From NCBI GenBank assembly GCA_964016885.1, contig OZ024755.1, positions 11,160,001 through 11,224,000 of the forward strand: 64,000 nt of DNA. Direction: 5' to 3'. A program made the translations under genes and the position numbers. The stretch comes from Eledone cirrhosa (taxonomy: Eukaryota). Numbering within the stretch: the first letter of the stretch is position 1; each line of letters starts with the position of its first letter. The notes below the pieces were generated by a model. The model ran no database searches. It was given only the letters and a program-made list of their open reading frames with translations, and was not told the origin of the DNA. Shown here piece by piece: positions 11,301 to 23,300 of the stretch.

Positions 11301-14300
11301 TAGCTCATCTATGTGTCCTATTACCAGTCAGCTTGGGTCTGTATCCTCTCCATCATGAAGTTCATTATAATAATTGTTTATACATTTAACACAAGGCCAG
11401 CAATTACCCAGTGCATTATTGGTACTTTATTTTATCGACCCCGTAAGGATGAAAGGCAAAATTAACCTCGGCGGGATTTGAACTAAGAATGGCAAGGGCC
11501 TTGACTCTATGCGTCAAAGCATGGCGTCCGACCCTCTACCGATACTGCCATAATAATATAATACATAATTGTTTCTACGTTTGGCACAAGGCCAGCAATT
11601 ATCCCAGTGTATTAATGTCTTTCTTCCAGGTTATTCTCAGCAAGTATCTGTGATCGGATTGCACAGATGATTGAAAAGGTTGAAACCCCAATGGAACTGA
11701 AGCTGCAACTTATACCAATTCTGCAACATATGCACCATGATGCTGAAACTGCTGCTAAGGTAAGCTGCACCCTACTGTTGCACATTGTTGTTGAGAAAGA
11801 TGATTGTGTGATGTGACAGTACAATGTTCATCATCATCATCATCATCATCATTACTGTTTAAGATCTATTTTCCATGTTTGCATGGGTTAGATGTGCTGT
11901 CATGTATGAAAGCTAGACCAGTTAGGTGACCACATTTTGCTCATCTGCTCTGTTTTGGCTTGGTTTTCTATGGTTGGATGCCCTTCCTAAAACACCAGGC
12001 ACTTTACAGTGTGTGGTGCAAGTATTTTATCGTGGCACCACCACTACCACATTACAGGGTAGCTGAATACTTTTTGACATAGCACCAGCAATACCATTTT
12101 ACAGGGTGCTTTTTGTCATAACATCAGCACTACCACTTTGCAGTGCTGACTGGGTGCTTTTTGTCATGACATCAACACTACTACCTTCAGTTATCTATGA
12201 ATATATGTATTGTGTTACTCTCAATTAACAGTATTTTAACCCTATCATTACTATATTTCTTATAAGTGTCGCTTTGGGCATTCTTTGTTTCTTCTTTTTG
12301 TTGTTTGTAGGAATAGCAATGGTAATATGTTTAATTTTATTTTGTTTTTGTTAATCTTTTTATACTTATCATCATCGTTTATATATATATATATATAAAC
12401 TTTCCGTCATAATTAAGAGCCTTTATGTTCCAAATGCCAGCTTAATAATGAGAAAGTTAGTTATGTTACTATATCCTTCTAAATTCTTGATTATTTTCAA
12501 AATCATTTAAAAATAATAGGCAGTAACTTTCATGGGAAATATAGTAAAAAAAGGATCATCATCATCATAATTTTACGTCCGCTTTTCCCTGCTTGCAAGG
12601 GTGGGAGAGGTCCTATTCAGCACAGCATCTCTCCACTTGTCACGGTCCTTCGTCATCTCCTCCGTGAGCTTCAGCGATCTGAGGTCTGCTCTCACCACCT
12701 CCACCCATGTTTTTCGTGGTCTTCCTCTACTGCGTCTTCCTTCTACTGGGATTTCTTGACACTTCTTTACCCAGCGGTCATCCTCCATGTGCATCACATG
12801 TCCATACCATCGCAGTCTTCTCTCCCGCACACTACAACTTATCCTTCTTATACACATTTTCTCTCTCAACTCATCTATGCTTGGTCGTTCACGCACATAG
12901 ACATTGCACATCCAATGGAGCATGCTTCCTTCATTTCTCTCCAGCCATTGCATATCCTTTGCAGTTGTTGCCCATGTCTCACTACCATGCAGCATCCCGC
13001 ATCTCACACAGGCATCATATAACCGGCCTTTCGTACGCAGGGAGAAACCCTTCTTTGTCAGCAGAGGAAGCAGCTCACTAAACTTCTTCCAACCCGTCCT
13101 TATTCTAGATACTATGGCCTCGGACCCCCCCCCCCCCCCTCCCATGTTAATCTGATCACCTAGGTACCGGAAGCTATCAACCACTTCTATAGAACCCACC
13201 TGCATTTGAAAAATGTGTCTATCACTGCGACTTCTACTGTCAAATTTCCCTGTACACTGCATACATAGTTTTCCCTACCTATTAGTTTGCCTGCTATCCC
13301 ACTACATCTCTTGTGTACCCAATATTTGCATAGTGTACATTTTATATAATTTATGCCAGTTCTTTTTCTACATATCGAACATGGCCATTCCCCTGAAAAT
13401 CTCCCATCGTGATTTTATGTAAAAACCTTTATGTTCTAAATACCAGCTTAACATTGAGAAAGTGAATTATATTACTAAATCCCTCAATATTTTTTATTAT
13501 TTTTAAAATCCTTTGAAAATCATAGGCAGTGTCTTGGTATCAAAAGAAATATGGTAATGAAAGAGTTAACGTATTTTTTTTTATTTTTTTTTTATTTGTT
13601 TCTAGGCACGAATAGTCTGCATTCTTTTGTTAAAAAGCTACCCAGCCAAAAGGTTTGTAATGTTGACTCTCCACACCATGTCCAGATTGGCCATTCACGC
13701 TTTACTGGACATCCCACAGCAGATCTCTTTGTTATTAAACTACCTGGAAAGTGACCCTCGCAAGACAGTGAAAATCATGGTACTGAAAGATCTGCAGCTG
13801 TTGGCTCGTAAAACTCCACATCTATGGACAGCAGAAAATGTTGAGGTAGTCACATATTCATGTGTTTTGTTTAATTCTATGAGTTTTTGAATTCCTGAAA
13901 ATTTGTTTTTCTTCTATGTATATTCCACAATGGAAATCAATGTGGAAGACAGTGGAGGAATGGGAAGACCAAGAAAGGCATGGCTAAAGATAATGGAGGG
14001 GGAAATGAAAGCCAAGGGGTTAGTGAGGAGAGATACAGAAGATAGGGCAAAACGTAGGAGCTTGTCATGGGTCCTGCGGAGCTAAGGAAAATGACCTTAA
14101 AATATTTGATGTTCATAATAATCATCACCATTATTTAACATTCACTTTCCCTACTAGCAAGGGCTGGATGGGTCATCACAGACTGTCTGTACTGAAGCGG
14201 GGTTTCTATAACTGTGGAGGTGTATAGAATAGTGGTTACGGTGTTTAGTTCATGATTTTAAGGATATGAATTCAATTCCTGGCAAAGCCTTATATCTTTG

Positions 14301-17300
14301 AATAATACACTTTATTTCACATTGTTCCAGTCCAGTCAGCAAGAAAAAATGAGTTGTATTTACGATTCAAAAGGTTTAACCCATGCTAGCGTGGAAGATG
14401 GACGTTAAACGAAGATGATGGTGAGGAATCTGTGTCACACTGAATCTCGCTGAGAATTATGTTATGGGTACATGTGTCTGTGGAATGCTTGCCCACTTGC
14501 ATGGTAATTTCATTTGCTGGCAGTTCTGTTGAGCATAAAACGAGAACGCTTGTCAGAGGCGACAGAGGTCCCACACATGAAAGGGAGAAGGACAATGCAT
14601 GTGAAGGCAAGGTTCTGAAGAGCTAACGACAAGATTATGAGTTCAAATATTACTACAAATATTGTGTTATCTGGTTTAGAAAAGATACACCATATCCCTG
14701 CATGTTGTATGAGGCAACTGAAAGGGTTGGCTTCAAAAAGAATATCCAGACATAAAACATTACTTTAGAAAGGACTCCATGATGAACCTGGAGCCTATTG
14801 TTGGGCGCCTGTAAAGTTAAACCCTTGCTTTAGATGGGAAAATGACCCTAAGGCACTTGTTTTTGTGTTGATCTGTTAGTAAAGTGTGGTGATGTGCTGG
14901 CCTAAAACTTGATGTTTTATCAAATTATAAATTTTTCTTTTCAGGTTTTATGTCGATTTGTTTTAAAGGCCCCATTTGTCAGTTTGAAGGAAGGTGTATT
15001 GTATGTACTGACAGAACTGTCCTCCTCCATCAGTATGGACTTACTGCCTTTTGCTCTGAAAGGTAAGAAAACATAGACATTGTTATTGCTAATACTTACA
15101 GAATATAATTTATATTTTTTTTTTTTTTTTAATGCATCATTCAGTATTCACTAACATTTAACCCTTTTAGTACCAAACCACCTGAAACTAGACCTGGTTT
15201 TACAATACAAAATTGTTTATTTCAATGTATGTGAAAAGTAAACAGAAACAACAAAGCAAACAATACAGTGCAATGAAAAAATATATTATAATATATGTTA
15301 CAATGGACATTACTACTGCTTTTAGAAACTGAAATGTTAATAAAAAAAATATTGACACTGATGTGAGTTATTAAAAGAATATTCTTAGTAGTCTTACATT
15401 CCTGTGAAGTTATCATCATTATCATCACCATTTTACATATGTTTTTCATGCTAGCATGAGTTGGACAGATAGTCACAATCTGAGAATAAACAGGTCAGAT
15501 GACCATGTTTTCCTCATATGTTCCAATTTGGTATGGTTTCTACGGCTGGATGACCTTAACACTAACCACTTTACAGCATCTATTGGGTTAATTTTATCAT
15601 GGCATGAACACTACCACTTTGCAGGGTGAACTGGGTGTATTTTATCATGGCACCAGCACTATCACTTTATAGAGGGAGTGGAGTGGGTACGTTTTACCAT
15701 GCCCCCAAATTCTTGATAATTTTCAAAGTGATATGAACCTATAGACTTTCATTAGAAATATGGTTAAAACAAGGTCAAATTTAAACTGCATTGATTTGTT
15801 GTGTTGTAGACTCTGCCCTGTTGAAGGTTTGCCAGGAATATAGCTACCATGAAGATGTTTCTGTGGCTTCTAAAACTGTTCAACTGATGACACATCTCGC
15901 CACTCACTCAGGCTCAAGTAAGTTCAGGATTTTTTCTATATCATCATAGTCAGCAGCAGTATAACATTCATTTTCCCTGCTAACAAAAGTTGGAGGTGTT
16001 GTCACAGACCAGTCAGTACTCTAGTGGAGCCTCAGATCTCCAGGTATTGCCAGAGACTTTACATACGATCCTGTGCTCTACTTTTATTAAAGCACAAACA
16101 CTAGAGAAGTGTTGGCTGGGTACATTTTATCATGACCACAGCACTGCCACATTACAGTGTAGGCTGGGTACATTTTATCGTAGTACTAGTACTACTACAA
16201 TAATGTGGGCTGGTACATTTTGTCATGGTACCAGCACTACCACTTTACAGACTAAGTTGGGTATGTTTTATTGTGAATCCAGCACCACCATATTACAGTG
16301 TGGGCTGGGTGTATTTTATCATGACACCAGTCTATTGCTTTACAGTATGGGCTAGGTACATTTTGTAATGACCCAAGCACTCTCACTTTACAAATGGGCT
16401 GGGTGCATTTTTTCATAACCTCAGCGCTACTACATTCTAATATTTGTTATTATATGTTTACAGAAGAACAAAGCAATGTGGACATAAGGGATGATGCTAA
16501 AGCTGCTGCCCAGACTGTTATATTATTGTCTAGTATGGACTCTTCCAAGCAATCTCAGGGGGCTCTTAAGGTAGGTCTTATTTCATTGTAGTTTGTTTTT
16601 GTTGTTGATGTGCCTTACACCTGCACAGGTTTAGCTGCTCCTCCCCCATCACTCATAGGATGCCCCTTGGGTGTTTTAATGATAGGGGTCTAATTCTATC
16701 ATGTCTCTATTTCTCCAGTGACAAGAGGTGGGATTTGAACTGAGAACACACGCACAGTTGGAACAGATATCATATAATATCTCATCTGATCTAACAATTC
16801 CACCAATCTACTGATCCTGGAGAATGTGGATCAGATTTGACTACATAATCTAAAGTGAGATGTGCATGGAATAAGTTTCAGGAACTGAGTGGTGTGCTAA
16901 TGAGGAGGCAAGTGTTGCTTAAACTGAAGAGAAAGGTGTATGTTGCATGTGTGAGAAGTTGAGAAGTGCCATGAATTGTGGGAACTAAACATGGGTGATG
17001 AATGTGGAGCAACAGAGAAGGCTGGAAAGAACAGAAATGAGAATGGTTTGGTGGATGAGTGAAGTATCAGTCAATCAGAGAGAGAGGAAGACAAACAATG
17101 AATTATAGAAGATGATGAGGGTAGAGTCAGTGATGAATGTTGTGAAGAAAAATGGAAAGAAATGGTTGGGTCATGTGTTCAGAAAGGATGAAAGTGTCTG
17201 GGTGAGAGGAGTGATTGAAATGAATGTGGAAGACATTAGAAGAAGAGGAAGACCAAGAAAGACATGGCTAAAGCTGATGGAGGAGGAAATGAAAGTCAGG

Positions 17301-20300
17301 GGGTTGGTGAGGACAGGTGCAGTCGAGAAAGGAAAATGGAGAAGCTTGTTATAGGGCTTGCAAGGCTAACCCCTGCTTTAACAGGGAAAATGGCTATATA
17401 ATGCTTGTTGTTAATGATATGTTCACATAATCTAGTACAGTTACTGTTTTTATTTTACTTTTTGTTTTGCCTTTTAAAAATACCCCCTCCTCTCTCTCTC
17501 CAGTTGAGTTTAAAATGTGCAGTGAAGATGTGCAGTAAATTTCCTGAATTGTGCATTGATTTTGTGGACACCATGGCTAACTTGCTGCAATCAAATCCAG
17601 GTAAGTTGATATATTATTGTTGTTGTTATTACAGTCATTGTCATCATCATCATGGCTACAGCCTCATATTACCACACTGGTTTCATAATTATCATCATTG
17701 CACAACAACCATCAAGTCTAAAAAAGCAAGTGCTGATGTTTGTTTATGTTTCCCATAAACAATGTGTACCACAGTGTAGCAGTTTGAGAAATGTTAGCAG
17801 ATTATATCATACCATTATCATCATCATCATCATCTTTAAACATCCGCTTTCTCTGCAAACAAGGGTTAGATGAGTCTTCACTGACTGAGTCAGTACTGAA
17901 GCGAGTCTACTGACCTATCAGATAGGCCGGGAGTCCACACCTTGCTTACATACAGTCCCATGTTCTGCTTAGAACATTGTGGTACCAGCACTAAGGGGCC
18001 TCCCAACTCTTTGTTTGACAAGTTTTCTATGGCTGGATGCTCTTCTTATCACCAACCAATTTACAGAGTGTACTGGGTGTGTTTATCATGTAGATCACCA
18101 ACACTAGGGAGGCTGTCATGTTCTTGACACAACTGAAGGATCCTAACAACCCTTTGTTTGGCAAGCTTTCTACAGCTGGACACCCTTCCTATCACCAACA
18201 CTAGAGAGGCTACCATGTCCTTGACACAACCCAAGGGTCCTCCACTATATAGTGAACTATGTGGTTTTATCTAATTTAGATGTTAATTAACTCAGTCAAG
18301 ACCATCTACTGCTGCTTGTAAAATATATAAGAAATGTCTGTTTTATCACATTTAGCCCATTCTCACTCCGATGTCCACATGGCACTGGTCTGTGATAGTT
18401 TAGCTGCTGTTGGTTCTACAAATAGTGCAGCACTGGAACCAATATTACCAATCCTGGTGGAGATTCTCTCTTCAGAACAACGGACCATTATTGATTGTTC
18501 AGTTAAGGTATTGGGATTTTCTTTCTATTCGTTGGATATTCATAAAAACCTATCTTTTTACCAGCACCACTACCATTAGCTGATTCTGAGAGTATGTAAG
18601 AAAGAGAAAGAGAGTGTGTGTGTAGTTAAGAGAGAATGTATGTGTGTTTGAGAGAGTGTGGGTGTGTTTGTTTGAGAGATAGTGTTTGTGTGTAAGGGAG
18701 ACTGTGTGTGTCAGAAAGTGGGTGGGGGATAGAGTAAAACACGTTGCTTAATCAGATTGGTCTTTTCCAATGTGAAGTATGATTTCTCTTATAAACAATT
18801 AGAATTACCTGAACTTTTTTTTTATTGAATTATTTTGATCTTTATTGAATTCCTTTCTCCTTCTTCTTCTATGTTCAGGGTCGGCTTTGTACATTGCTCT
18901 TCTTGATGGCCCATGGTGAAAATCTTCCTGAAGAACTTCACAACATTGTTATGCAGGCAGCTTTAGAGGGGGATGCCTGGCAAGCATATCGTGTTGTACG
19001 CCAGGCCATGCGTTACCAACAGTATCACATTGCTGTCAATCTTCTCTGTTCTATTAGGAATAAGGTAAAAATACCTAATGTCCCTTTTCTTATTATATTT
19101 CTAATGAAATGCATGTGTATCTTAGACTTTCATTAGTAACAGGGCTGGCTAAAAAGTTCATGGGATGACCAAATGAGTTTTATTTTTCAACATTGTCCCT
19201 GGAAAGAAACAATGCAGTTATTAATAAGAAGAGTTGAAATTAGCCCTTTAGCATTTACATTACTCTATATTTACTATTGTATTTTCATGGTAAAGACTTT
19301 ATCTCACATAATATTGAATCTATAAAATTTTGATACTATTTATTTTGAGAACAACACCTTAACATTTGTATGAGCGGCTGGTTACAGTTGGTTTGAACAG
19401 AAAGAGGTGAGAGAATTCTGGCCGGATATGGCCAGTTTAAATACTAAAGCGTTAATGCATTCAAGATTTCACAGCTCTAGCATCACTCCTTCATAGTGAG
19501 CCTATGAACTTCTCAGCCCACTCTAGTGTATGGTAGGGCATGGTCATTATCACCACCTCTACACTTGCTTTTATTATTTGTTGTAGGGTGGTGGATTGGC
19601 AGTATCGGTAGAGGGTCGGACGCCATGCTTTCCAGCATAGTTACGTCCCTTTATGATCTGAGTTCAAATCCCGCCGAGGTTGACTTTGCCTTTCATCCTT
19701 ACGGGGTCGATAAAATAAAGTACCAGTAATACACTGGGTAATTTGCTGGCCTTGTGCCTAAAGTAGAAACAATTATTTGTTGTAGTTTCATAATTTTGTT
19801 AGTTTTTGTTGTAGTTGTTTTTTTTTTTAAATCTGATCTGATATTCTTGTTATTTTGTAGGTGGCTTCTGAGCATTTTCACTTTTGGTTGTCAGGACTTC
19901 ATGACTTATGTCTTGGGGACAGTCTACTGACCGGTGCTCTCAACAAACCACACCAGTGTGATACCAGTACCACAAGTGTCACCTCCATACAAACAAAGAA
20001 CAAGCTGTCTTCAATGATTGGGGAGGCTTTAACTCATTACCAGCGAGGTATTTCACAACTTAAGGTAAACTCTTCAGCTTTATCTTTCATCATTACATAG
20101 TTGATACAATAAAATACCAGTAATACAATGGAGTTGATTTAATCAACTTTCTCTTTCCCTTCAAATTGTGCCTAAATCAGAAACCATTATTATTATTAGG
20201 GTGGCTTATTTTTGCTTTGACTAATGGCTAGAATATAATGCGACTCACCACACCTGCATACGCATAGATTTCTCCGCCAACTGGAACAGTGCTGAGTCTA

Positions 20301-23300
20301 TCTAATTAAACCAATATGAACTAACTATGAAACAAGCAGGGTTTTTATCAAAGCTTACTCCTCCAGATCCAACATGTTCCGCTAGACTATCCTTCAATGG
20401 AGGGATGTCTCAAGAAGAAGAAGAACCAAAGATTAGGGTGGGGGATTGGCAATATCAGTAGAACATCAGGCAGCATGTTTTGCAGTATATAGTTACGGCT
20501 TTTTATGTTCTGATTTCAAATGTCGCTGAGGTTGACTTTGCCTTCTTTTCAAATTACTGGCCTTGTGCCCAAAATAGAAACAGCTATGTTGTTACTGCAG
20601 GACTTACCACCACAAGGGATCAATATTAACAGAACTGTTTAACCTTAACCTTAGCCATTATTATTATTGTTGTTGTTGTTGTTGTAATTGTTCCCTTTAT
20701 TATATTGTTACTGCAGGCTGCAACAACGCAGAGCTTCCAACTGCAGTTCCAGAGTGAATACTGCACCTTACGCTGTGAACTTATGCAGCTGCACCAACAC
20801 CTCTGCCAGACATGTTCTACCTTCCAGACATGCCCTCCTCCTGCTATAGCCTCTGCTGTGGCTGTTACTAATGCCAGAGATATCAGTAGATGTGGTCCCG
20901 TCATCTCACAGGTAAATGACTCACCTTACTATAATGCGTGTGTGTGTGCATGAATATATATATATGTATTTGTGCATCTGAATGTATGTGTTTGTGTGCA
21001 TATGCATGTGTATATAGTATGTGTGTGAGTGCATATGTATGTATTTGTGTTTAATATTATATTAAATAATATTTCAATAATTCTTCCTTTCTTCATACTT
21101 TCTGAAACTACTTATCTTTGTTCATCATTTCAGTTATTAAAATGTCAGAACAGCTACAGTAATTTAAGTCATAAATTCCTCGAGCTCTACCAGTCTTCAT
21201 TCGATGCTGATCCTGCTTCATTGGCTAATATGCAACTGTATCCTTTAGACAGAAAAATAAATGTCTATATATGGTGTGTATTTGTGTTTGTGTGCTCATG
21301 TTGTGGGTGTATATATATATATGTATGTTTGTGTGTTCATGTTGTGGGTGTATATATATATATGTATGTTTGTGTGTTCATGTTTATGTGGGTGTATGTG
21401 TGTGCTCAGGTGCAGTGTAAAAGGTGTCGATGGTTGATGAGAATATAGGTGTGAATTCCTTAACATGTCTCTCTATAGATTACACACAAGCAGTGAATTA
21501 ATGAAGGCAGTTATCAACACAATCCTTACAGGCCAAACAAGGTAGGTACCTTTATTGAAATCCCCTTTTTTAAATCTCTTAGTAAGTGATCTCTTTAGAG
21601 TGGCAAATTGGCAGATTTGTTAGAATGTCAAATAAAATCTTTGCAGTATTCATTCCTTTTTTTTTTTTTTTTGTATTCAAATTTCAAATCCTGCCGAGAT
21701 CAACTTCGATATTTATCCTTTCGAGGTCAATAAACTAAGTATCAGTCACATATTGGCATCGTTTCTTCTTCTCTTTCTCTCTTCCTTTTTCTCACTCCTC
21801 TGGAAGAAATCAACTGTGTGCAGAACTGTACCATTTGTTAAGTATTAAAACTGAGTCATGTACTTGGATTTCCAACAGCTTACCTTCTACTCTGTAGCAT
21901 CCCTCGTCAACATCTATGGCTTAGTGGTTAAAGTGTTGGGCTCATAATCATAAAGTCATGAATTTGATTCCCAGACAAGGCAGCATATTGTGACCTTGAA
22001 CAAGATTTTGCTTCAGTTCATTCAGTTGGAAAAAAGGAATTGTACGTGTAATTGAAATGGCCAGCCTTGTCACACACTGTATCATGTTAAGTGTTAAAGG
22101 TGGTACACATGCCTGTGGAATGCTCAGCCACTTGCATGTTAATTCCATGAACAAGCTGTTATGTTGTTCAACCAACTGGAATGCTCATCATCGGAACTGA
22201 TAGATATCCAACACAGCATCTCTCATGACAATTTCTAACGGTACAATAACTCTTCTTCAGGGAAACCCTATCTCTGGACAAAGCCAGCAGCTTCTATCTG
22301 AAATCCCCTCATCTGTGTCCAGTGAGTCGCTGTTTTGCTAAGGTACTTCAGACAATTGCCCAGAACTTAAACCAAATGGTTAGAAGTAACAACAACACCA
22401 AACTGACACACCAGGTAAGTGATGTCTGCAGTGTGCAGGGGAGAAGAATTTATGTTTATTTACCTTAACTGCTCCTGGTTCAACAATATAATATCTTAAT
22501 GTGTTTATATTTATTTTTAAAAAAACTCGTCCATCATACTTCTATGTAAGAACCTTTATGTTAAAACACCAGCTTAACCCTTTTGATACCAAACTGCCTA
22601 AAATCAACCCCTGGTTTATTGATACCATGTTTATTTTAAAGTGGTTATATTTATCTAAAAACTTTCCATCATAACTTATTAAATAATGCTACCAGTACCA
22701 ATTCAAGTCTGACTCCCATAATACACCACCTCTCTAACCAAAGTCAACCTTCCTCAATCCACCACCCCCTTTAACCACGTCTAACTCCACCCTCTCACCT
22801 CTATCAACTAACCTAACCACACACAACAAATGGAACCTGTCAACTTAACATAAATACATCTCCCCCTTTTTTTTCTCTGTCTCTGTCTTCAGCACATAGC
22901 ATTCCTGTATCAATCAACCAAGCAGCTTATTCAGACCTCCATTGGATACCCCAGGTTCTTCTTCCAGAAATTACAAACCACACAAGTCAAGGTAAGCATT
23001 CTTTTTTCCTTCTTTTCCAATCTATCTAGCTCCAAGTGTGTATATCTAGCTGTGTGTCAGTCTGTCCCTTTATCAATCAGAATCTCTCTTTCATCCTTTC
23101 AAGGTTAATAGATAATAAAATACCAGTCCAGTATTGGTGTTGATTTTTCTCTCTCTCCTTCCCCCTTCGTTGTCACACACACAAAAGAGCTGTGCAAATG
23201 CAGTCAGTTTTTTCAGAGTCTGAGAGAACTGTTACTGTTCATTCTGGAAGAGCATATGACAACCTATCTAGTGTTGGTGCTACAATAAAACACCTAGTCA

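Noticed and set aside
19585-19700. tRNA gene
   Set aside because: It has a B-box but no cloverleaf, and is the head of a multi-copy SINE.
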